A stretch of 62,023 bases of DNA, counting the filler, from Dirinaria sp. TL-2023a (Eukaryota): NCBI GenBank assembly GCA_051941275.1. It is 4 parts of 4 records of this genome, joined end to end, with 100 filler letters (N's around TTAATTAATTAA, not from the genome) between each part and the next. Parts side by side here need not be neighbours in the genome. Positions count along the whole stretch, not along the records: positions 1 to 15,463 come from JAVEBF010000546.1; 3 more parts are not named here. One strand, given 5' to 3'. The position numbers and the translations under genes are program-made. How positions within the stretch are numbered: the stretch's first letter is position 1; the number at the start of each line of letters is the position of its first letter. The notes beneath the pieces were generated by a model. It did no database searches and was not told the origin of the DNA. It saw nothing but the letters and a program-made list of their open reading frames with translations. Shown here piece by piece: positions 1 to 10,048 of the stretch.

Positions 1-718
1 TCTGCACCTGCATCAGGTGCATCAAGAATCATGCTACCATTGCGATCCTCTCCACGTTATCGCCAAGACGTTCACTTGTTGTCGGAGACGCATGCCACCG
101 CCATTAATCAAAACACCGCCAACCAACAGCCAGTTCAGACTCTATATCAATAATGACCCACAAAAGATCTACATGGAATTGCCTCATAATCATCTACTGC
201 GCGACCAATATAACCCTCCACAGCAATGATCCATGGAAAGTCTACAGAGGGTTCTCCTACGGCAAATTTACTGTGGAAAAACCCGTCCCGAAGTTCGATC
301 TGCCGCACACCCCAGGCGTTGCGGGAACATGCGGATGACTGCCTCATGATCACGAAAGGTACCTTGGCTGCTATATTGCTGGCTAGATTGGAAAATATTG
401 GACGTATTCAGCTGGTTACGAGCTCATATATAACGAACTCGAATGAAAGGCTTGATAGCAATGCTTTTGTAGCGAACGTATCGAGAGGACAGAAAGGACT
501 ACTGTAGACCCCATGTAGCGGTCATAGCGCAAGAGAATTATAGGCAAGCGACTTTGGTACCAAAAAATTCAAGTGCCATCGTCATGTGCAGACTGGCCAT
601 ACCCAATTGACGCGGAGTAGTGGTGGCTTCTTCACCGGAGCCGTACCTGAACTGTTATATAACTTGTGACTTAACCCTTCATTGTTGGATAACCTCATGC
701 ACGATCTGGGAGTTTCGG

Positions 719-1786
719 TTACTCAATCAACATACTATCGCCGAACATGTCGAACTCGTATCCACCCTTCTCGGTGATCTCATCATAGCTGCGCATAACA
801 AGATCTTTGCCGGCGAAGGCTGCCGTAAGCACAATGTGGCTGGACCGCGGCCGGTGGAGGTTAGTGAGCAGCACGTCCACGACCTTGAATTCGAATCCAG
901 GGTAAATGTAGAGATCCGTCCAGCCCGCCTGCGCTTCCACTGTGCAACTCGTTTCTTTGCTGGCCGCAAGCGACTCAAGAGTTCGCATGACGGTCGTCCC
1001 GACGGCGATAATGCGGCGTCCTTCCGCCCGGGCCCGATTGATTTGTGTTGCAGCCTTGTCGTTGACCTCGAAGTATTCAGATCTAACCTTATGGTTCTCG
1101 ATCTCTTCCGCACTGATATGACGGACTGCAAGGACCTCGGTCGCTCCAACATGCAACGTAATATAAGCCATCTCAACCCCCTTAGCCGCAGCTTGCGCCA
1201 GTAGCTTCTGAGAAAAGTGAAGTCCGGCCGACGGGATCTCTAGAGAGCCTGGCGCCTTGGCATATACAGAGCGATAGGCTTGAGGCGTTTCCTTCCATTG
1301 TGCCGGATTAAGAGGGACTGTCTCGTCGAAGCGCTCTCCATATTGATCAAGCGTCGGCGTTAATAGTTCAATGGGTTCGAACCTCGCCTTCCAAAGCTCA
1401 TCGGGCTGCGATTCGAGAAAGCTGCAAGTTAGCCGGTCGTTGTCGGTTGAAGTCAAATTGAACCCTGGCTTGGCCGACAGCTGCTCAGACTTGATGCCGA
1501 CAATACTCATGCCGTCCGCCTCATGGCCGTATACGGTTATCTTCGCAGATTCACTGCCACTCTGGAACCGCAAGGTGTTCGAAAGCATGTAGCTGTCATT
1601 CAACACTAGAAGATCGCCTGGCCGAAAATAGTCGCAGATGCTCGTGAATACTGTGTGTTCGATCTTTGAAGCAGAGCGAGTCAGCACAACCATCCTTCCG
1701 CTATCGCGGCTTTTGCCACGCAGCTCAACAGGGTCATTTGGCATGATTCTTGAGTCGACATTGAAATCGAACTCTTGAGTCTTCAT
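719..1786 (-). CDS. queA: QueA-like S-adenosylmethionine:tRNA ribosyltransferase-isomerase family protein (bacterial type, intronless)
   Basis: 355-aa uninterrupted ORF with QueA family blocks in the expected order: FDF..P, GDLLVLNDS, Y.SVYA..PGS.E.PSAGLHFS, ITLHVG, RIIAVGTTVMRTLES, T.LYIYPGFEFKVVD.LLTN.H.P.S, GDSMLI at the C-terminus. Confidence 0.9.
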   Translation of the reverse strand: MKTQEFDFNVDSRIMPNDPVELRGKSRDSGRMVVLTRSASKIEHTVFTSICDYFRPGDLLVLNDSYMLSNTLRFQSGSESAKITVYGHEADGMSIVGIKSEQLSAKPGFNLTSTDNDRLTCSFLESQPDELWKARFEPIELLTPTLDQYGERFDETVPLNPAQWKETPQAYRSVYAKAPGSLEIPSAGLHFSQKLLAQAAAKGVEMAYITLHVGATEVLAVRHISAEEIENHKVRSEYFEVNDKAATQINRARAEGRRIIAVGTTVMRTLESLAASKETSCTVEAQAGWTDLYIYPGFEFKVVDVLLTNLHRPRSSHIVLTAAFAGKDLVMRSYDEITEKGGYEFDMFGDSMLIE

Positions 1787-1910
1787 GATTTCTCTGTCCG
1801 TTCAAGTCTGGTGACGTGAATTGCAGCTAGGAAGGAAACTGGTCAAGTACCAGGAAAGCTGTTGCAATGGTAGCTTGGTGTCTGCTTGAATTGGGAAGAA
1901 GGAGCCAGCC

Positions 1911-1917
1911 ATTTATA
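1911..1917 (-). promoter_or_regulatory. Putative TATA box (TATAAAT) of the queA-like gene
   Basis: + strand atttata is TATAAAT on the - strand, about 125 bp upstream of the ATG at 1786. Confidence 0.4.
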
Positions 1918-2712
1918 GGCATTCTGAAGGGGTGGCATGCGCATGCAAATCAAGACCATTTCTGCACCAGCCAAATACATCACAAAAAGGGCCGAGATTG
2001 ATTGATCCGAATATCGGTCATTGCCAGCACCCATACAGACGCCTTCAGTACGTCCGGACTCATTCAGTCGTTGCAAACGTATGCAGACCAATGCATATCC
2101 ACGGGAATGAAGACCCGCTAAGTTGCATAGTCTACTCCAATACAGGTACAAGGTCCTTCAAAACAGATGCGAGGCAATGGAATCTCGACCTTATGTTGGG
2201 CCTGCACTTATCAAGCAAGGAGCAAGCAACGTCAGTTCCATTTCTCTGAAGTGTAGGCCAGGAAAGCATGACCAGTTGATCTCTCAACACCCAATTGTGG
2301 GAGGATGCCGGTGCCATGTAGATCATGTCGCATAGTAACATGTACGGAACCAGCAAAAGGACTCTACCCTTGGCCAAGAGCTTCAAGACCCGAGCGCACG
2401 GAGAGGCGACAATGGAGTAGCGGCGGTAACATGAAGTAGAGCGTTGTAGAATTGAGCAAGCTCCGGACAGAGCTCCTATTGAGTGGCCATGCGTGGTTCA
2501 ACCGGCTTTGTTTGGGGTCTCGCTAAGCAGATTACCCCTTTCCTAATTCGAGACTGCCCTGCCGGTCGGGCTTTTACCCACGGCGTTCTCATGCGTGTAT
2601 GATTTTCGTTAGGTTCCTGATTTGTCCTGATTGGAGTTTGTGTAAGAAGAACGAAGCACAACGACAATCAAGCGATGATCGCTTGTCTTCTGCATTTGAG
2701 ATTATAGCGCTA

Positions 2713-2869
2713 GGGTATCCCATAAATTGGTGGAAACCGTACCACGGGAATTAGGTCTAAGCAATTGACGGAGGCTCTCTCATTCGCACTCCGGGAAAGC
2801 TAGTGCATCTATAAGCCTTGCATAGGTATAATTCCCGGTTGTACGGTTTCCACCAATTTATGGGGTATC
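2713..2869. mobile_element. MITE-like element with terminal inverted repeats
   Basis: Perfect 24-bp inverted repeat CCCATAAATTGGTGGAAACCGTAC (2719-2742 and 2841-2864), extending imperfectly to about 40 bp, around a short non-coding core. Confidence 0.65.
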
Positions 2870-4863
2870 TTCCTCCGAAACTCTGTTGGCTGAGGCAGTC
2901 CAAAGCGCCGATACCGGCTTAGACAGAGCCCAAACAACAATAACAAGGCATTGATGATCTCAGAAATCATGAAGTAATACCAGCGCTCTCAAATGACATT
3001 AAGCTACGAAACAAGCAGCGATCAGTCAGGCAGAAGTCTTGCAAGGAGAAGAGTACGGAAAGGTGTCAAAAGACATATAAGGAGGGTGGTTCTCTATGAC
3101 CTCGAAAGTAGGAGAAAATATCTTCAAACCGTGTCGCTTACGAGTACCTCGTTCCGAATGAATCCGAAGCTGAAGGGAACGATGCTCAATCCCTGCCCTA
3201 GCCACGCTTCCCCACTTGCGGCGTGATCGGTACCTTGGGTTAACTCCACGAAGGTAGAGAGCGATAGATCTCCAACCAGAACCATACTGTACAAGGCTTC
3301 CAGGGATACACAAGTGCAGGATTTCGGCAGCTACCGCATCTCCACCCGGGTAGTCGTGACTCCAGAAACTGTAAGCCTCAAATTTGGAGCTTCGGCGTTC
3401 CTTCGAAATCTTAATTCCTCTTCAAATAAAAAATCGCATGACCCTAGTCCACATATACAAGTGATGTATTGGGAGCGATAACTCCGCTATGCCCGCCACG
3501 AAAGGTTTGGCGATGCGTGTGTAGGCAAGAGATCTGCATCCAGTTCGGGGTGCATCAAAGAGCACGAATATACACACGGTTGTTACTGGTCGAGAGTCGA
3601 TGTCTGCATGACTACGATCATACAGAGTCCTGCGGACTGGGCTGGGGTCGTCGGGCACGGGAGTATCTGGATCTTCGAATGGCACTGAAAGCTCCTGGTT
3701 CAGAATCATCTGAGTTTGTGTGTGTCGAATCGCATTGCGGAGTTTTGATCCAGGCGCATCCAGACCAGTGAGTAGTACTGCATTGAATGTCGTAATGTCC
3801 TCCGACTTTCCAGATGCAGGCCCATACTACAACGGAGTACAACCAGCGAGTCGAGTACGAATCTCATGCGCTTCGCAGCCAGAACCAGCAAGGTCCCCGC
3901 ATTTATATCGTGTTCCCCGCTTATTAGCTCTAGTGTTGACGAAATTTCACTTATAGGTCACGCCATGTATTCGAAAGCCCGCATCTGCTCGTGTTCGCTA
4001 GTCATTGGCTCTAGTCTTGACGACAAACCTGCGACGTAGATGTAGGTGTGCATCATACCATGTATGCGAGAGCCCTGCCCTAGCAGCTAACCCTAATAAA
4101 ACCTGCACTTCGTTTTTGGGCCTGGGAACAATCTTGGATACGGTAGTCCGCCTATCAGGACACGCTCGACGAAAGAATTATAGCACTGCCTTCTTGACCA
4201 GAGTAACTCACCAGCTTCCGAGTAAAGGAAACCTAGAAAAACATTCACAAGCAAGAGTCATAAAGACCCTCAAGTCACAAGTTTCAATGCCTCGTACATC
4301 CAGGTGCTCGGTATAGAGGGAGAATAAGTTCTGGCTAAAGCAGATTAGCTGCACCGGGGATGCTGAAATTCCTACCCGCCTCCAGACGCAACCTGAATCT
4401 GGTTCTGAAATCCCGAAAGCCAGTAATTGGAACATTCAAGCGAGAGCGTCTCAGCAAATTGTTATTCTCCTTCTTCTTCCACCTACGACAGCTGCTCCAA
4501 ACTATTAGTATGCGTATCTCGAGCGTCACAAAGGACCTCCAAAGTAAAATTGCAAGGACTTCTACTATTCAATCGCAGATGAGTTACCCATAGAAAGCCT
4601 GGTAAAGCGCTCTCGATTCTAGCTATTCTGTCCCTTTGGAGCTCCTTAAATCAGGTTGCCTCAGGGCAGTTCGCATCCATCTGAAGCAAATACAGATTGT
4701 CTGAACAGTAACATGTATCCTGAAGTCTGTGCCGAATGACGTCTGTATACTGTCTATGACTCAGTCTTAAGGTAGACTGCGGGAGGATGCCCTTTTGAGA
4801 CCCTCAACGCTGTATTTTACGCAAGATCCACTTTTTAACATCGCCGAGAGTGTCCGTGTACTT

Positions 4864-5233
4864 ACCTTATTGTATAGGCCGCCACTGCGGCCACACCACT
4901 CTACTCTACTGGCACACACCCTCCCGTGCTGATGTATCCGATCCCTTGGATACCTCGAAATAAAGTATATTCACTTTTCTGCTTTGACAGTGTGGGTTTC
5001 AATCAACGACGATTTCATGAGATGACGATGAAATGATTCACCACGAACGTGCCATCGTCAAATACGCAAATCGTGTAAAGTAGGTCAGAGATGTTACAAA
5101 AAATTACTTTTGAGAGAGGTATTGATCGATGAACACAATGAGTGGGGAGAGCGGTGTGGTAGCATAGTGAAGGTGGTGTGGCAATAGAGTTCCTTAGGGT
5201 GGTGTGGCGGCCGTGGGATCCGTTATATAAGGT
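4864..5233. mobile_element. Degenerate TIR element relic (possibly pogo/Fot1-like, non-autonomous)
   Basis: Ends align imperfectly as inverted repeats (ACCTTAT...CCAC.GC.GCCACACCAC.CTA); GGTGTGG subrepeats occur three times at 5153-5208. Confidence 0.4.
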
Positions 5234-5364
5234 TTGCTGAGACCATGTTCTTGCTTTGCTTAGAGGTACTTTGAATTTTTTTTCTCGAGTTATTTTTTAT
5301 TTAAAGCAGTGGCTGAACGTCTGTTGCTTTGCCACTTCCCACCTGGTATCAAAGGCCTTATAAA

Positions 5365-6836
5365 ATGACCAAAAGCGCGCCGTGGGGTCTCGGTTGGCGG
5401 TCCAAAACACCTTTTATCGTGACCACAGTTGCTCTTGGTCTATTTACTGACCTTTTTCTCTATGGTCTCCCCCTGCCGCTTCTCCCATACATATTGGAAG
5501 ATAGACTTCACGTGCCTCCGACGAGAACACAAATTTACTCGTCGAGTCTTTTAGCTGCTCACACACTTTCTTCTTTAGTTTTTTGCCCTATTGCTGGGGT
5601 TCTTACGGACAAATTCTCGGCGCGGAAAATACCTTATCTCATTAGCTTGCTTGCACTGCTGCTAGCAACAATTCTTTTTTTCTTAGGTGACAATATGGCA
5701 ACCCTCGTCATGGCCCGTGCATTACAGGGATGTACAGGCGCCTGGGTGTGGACGGTGGGTCAGGCAATACTGATCGATACTGTGGGAGCCGAGAATGTAG
5801 GCAAGGCGACAGGCTCTGTTCGTATGACTTCGCAAGCCTTTTTTGACTTAAACGCTTATCATCTTCCGTATAGATCTATGGTACGATTTCTCTCGGCGTA
5901 GTGGCTGCGCCTGTGCTAGGCGGCATTCTTTACCACAGAGTCGGGGTTGCGGGACCACTTTCGCTAGGATGTTCGCTTTTAGGAGTTGACTTGATCATGC
6001 GGCTTCTCATGGTCGAGAAGAGAACCGCTGCTGAATTAGGTATCAATAAAGGAGAGCCTGCAGAACAAGGCCAACGTTCTGAGGATGCCTGCGAAGCAAG
6101 TGCAGAGGACTCTTTGCTTAAGACGCCACAAGCTCAAGCCTATCTTATTCCGGCAGAGCGGCCATGGGTGTTACAGTCGTATCCTATCCTGTGCTGCTTC
6201 AAAGATGTTCGAATGCTAACCGCAAATTGGATCACTCTTATACAAGCAACATTACTGAGCACTCTCGATGCAACAGTACCAACAGTGGGCGAAGAATATT
6301 ATGATTTCAACTCTCTGCAAACAGGATTACTCTTTATTCCAATCCTCGTGCCGGGTCTGATGATAGGGCCCGTTGCTGGTCGGATAACTGATCGGCGAGG
6401 GCCTAAATCCATTGTGGTTTGGGGGTTTGGACTTCTTGTACCTGTTTTCATTCTCCTACGGCTTGTGCAACCCGGAGGCCATATTCGAGTTTTGATATAC
6501 TGTATCCTATTGACCCTCTGTGGAACCTGTCTGGCCGCCACCAATCCTCCTGCTCTCGTCGAGCCTCTCTTGGTGATTGAGAAATACCACAAGGCTAATC
6601 CGGATCTCTTTGGTCCAAGAGGACCATATGGCCAGATTTCCAGCATCACCGGGCTCGTATATAACGGCGGTACGGCGTTGGGCGCACTTCTAGGAGGTGC
6701 CACGAAGGATGCTGTAGGCTATGGGAACATGAACTTGGTCACGGCTGCCCTTTCGTTTACGACAGCTTTGCTAGGTTTATTGTATACGGGTGCTAAGCCT
6801 GTGGACAAGCCTGTGAACAGAGAAGATCCGTCTTGA
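5365..6836 (+). CDS. MFS transporter (amine-transporter/MFS_1-like), 2 exons
   Basis: Exons 5365-5817 and 5874-6836 join in frame across a GT..TAG intron. Many hydrophobic helices; MFS motif A-like GVLTDKFSARK and GRITDRRGPK; N-terminal W.L.WRS..F...TV..GLFTDLFLYG. Confidence 0.88.
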
Positions 6837-7880
6837 AGACCTCGCACCCAGATTTGTCAATTCAACTTAGGAATCATCTAGCTCGTTATTGCTTGGTAGT
6901 AACAGATACTTCAGCTCGGAATGTAGATGTAAGATGTAAACGTCAAAAACGTAGTATTCATTGCTCGCTAGCATGACAGATATACAGGAACAAATTGATT
7001 GTGAAGACTCGAATGAGGACAGTGGTAAAATGAACCTCGTATACAAAGGTACTTACTATTTATTCCTGACTGATAGCGACTCGGCAATGGAAGAGAGAAA
7101 TAGACTATGAAGGCTGAAAAGAACGAAAGAAGTACGATTTACGCAACGTGTAGCCTTCGACCGCAATATCGCACCAAGACAACGAAATGCAGAGGAGATC
7201 GAAGCTCGTCTTAGACTTAAATACCTTAGGTACCTTTAGTAGGTACTCTATGCGAAAATCGTCCAACAACCCTATTAAAACCCTAGAATTAACTCTCTGG
7301 TACCTCTTGCCGCAATTAATGCTCCAACGCCAGAGGCAAAGGCCAATGTAAAAAGGACTACGTTTGTTCGCTATGGTACCTTATGTGGGGCGAGGTTATA
7401 AGGTTTACTCGCGATTTAATTGGTGGAGAGTGTAGATAGCCGTTTAACGATTTCCGAAGGGGAAAAGCTCAGAGTACTAAGTTGACATAATCGGGAATTA
7501 TCTAGTGAATGCCGAGATGCCCTAGCGCCAGGATCTTATCTACGCCGAAGCTTGAAGGGCCCGACAATCCTAATTACTAAAACAGGCTTCCAACACATCG
7601 AAGTCCAGCTGGTCTGGTCGACCGTGTCCACAGGAACCACTATCTTTCTATACAACCTGGCTACATATCCCAAATACCGATGACGAGTCTCCAAAGCGAT
7701 CGCCCTACTTCAGCCACTCTCTCCAGCCAAAGCTTCCCGAGACGATAAATTCGACCATCTTGACCTCCAACTCCTACTCCAACGATACGGAAGAGTCACT
7801 ACACTACACTTCACTCGTATCTTTGAGCAGAAGCATCCAGGGTTATGCGGGAAGGGCATAGGTCGATATGAGAGTGAAGG

Positions 7881-10048
7881 ATGGGCAGCCCCGCGTCTGA
7901 ATCGTCCAATACTTCACCCCTTCAACAGGCTGGAGCCGCAAAAGATAGAAATCTGAGTCGCAAGACAGCACATACAAGGCAATTCTGGAAGCTGCGGCTC
8001 AGGCCAGATGATGATGATGCCCCCCAGGATTGGTGGTTCGCTTCTACCGCCATTCCGCTGCTTGCGGCGACTACAGGCCCTTTGGCCAATGTGATGTCCA
8101 TTGCCGCTCTGATCACCTCTTGGAGAGTCAACTACGACCCTGAACACCCTGGTGTAGACTCATATGGGGTCGGATTCAAAGATCCACGTTGGTGCATTGG
8201 GCTGAATGCAGCCTCTTTGGTTTGCGGCTTTGCTGGTAACGCTTTTCTTCTGTTCAACTTCACCAGAGCTGTACGATATATCGTTGCTCTCCCTATGACT
8301 ATAATTCTTTGGTACTTTGCTACTGGTATTGTAAGTTCAGAGTCGCCCTGCCCAGGTACAGGGCTAACGTTCGGTCATGGAAGCTTATGGGTATTACTAT
8401 ATCAATGCACGAGTTCGCTCCGCCTCACCGCCCAGAACAGACATATTCCCAAGGATTCTGGCATGCTGTTATCGCTGCTGTATTATACCTGGTCTCGTCC
8501 ATGTTGCTCATGGTGAACATGCAGGGTTATTTCTTCGGACATTATCGTCAACACTTTGAACTTACTGACGAGCAGCGGAACTTGATCCTGCAGACTATGA
8601 TGTTCTTCATTTGGCTTGCTGGAGGTGCAGGAGTATTTGCTAGGGTCGAAGGATGGTCGTTCGTGGATGCGCTCTACTTCTGTGACGTGACCATCCTTAC
8701 AGTCGGTTTTGGCGACTTCCATCCTACCAATGATGTCGGTAGAGGACTGGTTTTCCCGTACTCCGTCGGAGGCATAATCATCCTTGGTTTGATGGTCAGC
8801 AGTATCAGGAACTTCGCGCAGGAAATAAGCCACGATAACATTATCAAGAAGCATGTAGAAAGGCGGCGGGTGAATACTATCGAGAGATCGGTGCCCACAG
8901 TATTCGAGCCACAGGAGCACCAAATAGCATCAGCGGCTCGATTGCGCCAGACTATCTCCCGCCCATTCAATATGAAGAAGGAGCGCACTACTGCCGCGGA
9001 CTTCCATCCCGACACCTTGCTTGATGACCTGCCGAATAAGAAGTCGAAAACTAAGACCTTCAGAAAGGCACCGATTGCAGCCACGAGAAACACACTGAAG
9101 CGAGTGAGAACCCGTAAGCAAAGGCTTATACTACTGTATGAAGAGAAGGATCGCTTTACTGCAATGCGTAACATCCAGAAAGGGACCGCCAACTTCAAGA
9201 AATACTCAGCTCTAACCATGTCAATAATCGCCTTTGGCCTTTTGTGGTGTGTGGGCGCGATCGGATTCTGGCGTGCTGAACAAAAATCGCAAGGCTTGTC
9301 TTACTTCCAGGCGCTCTACTTCTGCTATGTGTCTTTGTTAACAATCGGCTATGGCGATTTGAGCCCGACAAGTAATGCAGGCAAGCCTTTTTTCATAGTT
9401 TGGTCTTTGATCGCCGTGCCCACCATGACAATATTGATCTCTGACATGGGTGACACGGTCATCGCGAGCTTCAAGAGAGGTACATTTACTTTGGGTGACT
9501 GGACTGTTCTGCCGAAAGCGGGTCTATATCGATCTTTCGTGGAGCGGCATTCCTGGCTTCTGCACTGGCTGCAAAAGAAAGCCGAAGAGAAAGCTGAGAA
9601 GCAGAGAATCAGCGAAGGATTCCGTCCTGGCCCAACTGACGATGAGGAAGATGTGCCGCCCCAGGCCAAGACATTGGAAGAGATTGCAAAAGAGCAGGAA
9701 GAGCTAAGTGAGCACGCGCTTGCTCAGAAGCTCGCCATCGCCATCCGACGCACGGCCAATCATCTCAAAGCTGAACCACCACGAAAATACACTTACGAAG
9801 AATGGGTGGAATATACCCAGCTTATTCGCTTCAGCCGATGCTCGAAGGAAGAGCTTGAAGAAGAGGAAGAAGAGGAGGGCTTGATCGACTGGGACTGGAT
9901 CGGCGAGCAAAGTCCTATGATGGCCGAGCAATGCGAGAGTGAATGGGTACTAGATCGGCTATGTGAGAGCCTGAATCGGTACATGCGCAAGCAAGGCAGA
10001 GCCAATGGAAATGGGAAGAGCAAAGTAGATGAAATTAGGCCAGCATAG
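7881..10048 (+). CDS. TOK1: Two-pore outward-rectifier potassium channel (TOK family), 2 exons
   Basis: Exons 7881-8330 and 8384-10048 (intron GTAAGT..GCTAAC..AAG). Two K+ selectivity filters TVGFGD and TIGYGD; N-terminal WW.AST.IPL.AAT.GP.AN. Confidence 0.93.

Noticed and set aside
1..507. Short ORFs at the start of the window
   Set aside because: May be the 3' end of a truncated gene, but nothing is identifiable.
620..1204. 194-aa + strand ORF overlapping the queA-like gene
   Set aside because: Antisense shadow of a well-supported CDS; no recognisable motifs.
1843..2480. Short - strand ORFs upstream of the queA-like gene as a possible co-transferred operon gene
   Set aside because: Stop-interrupted, with no family motif I can recognise.
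4087..4096. CTAACCCTAA, like a telomerase RNA template, in a gene-free region
   Set aside because: A single 10-mer is plausible by chance in 62 kb, and I could not identify a pseudoknot or P6/P6.1 element.
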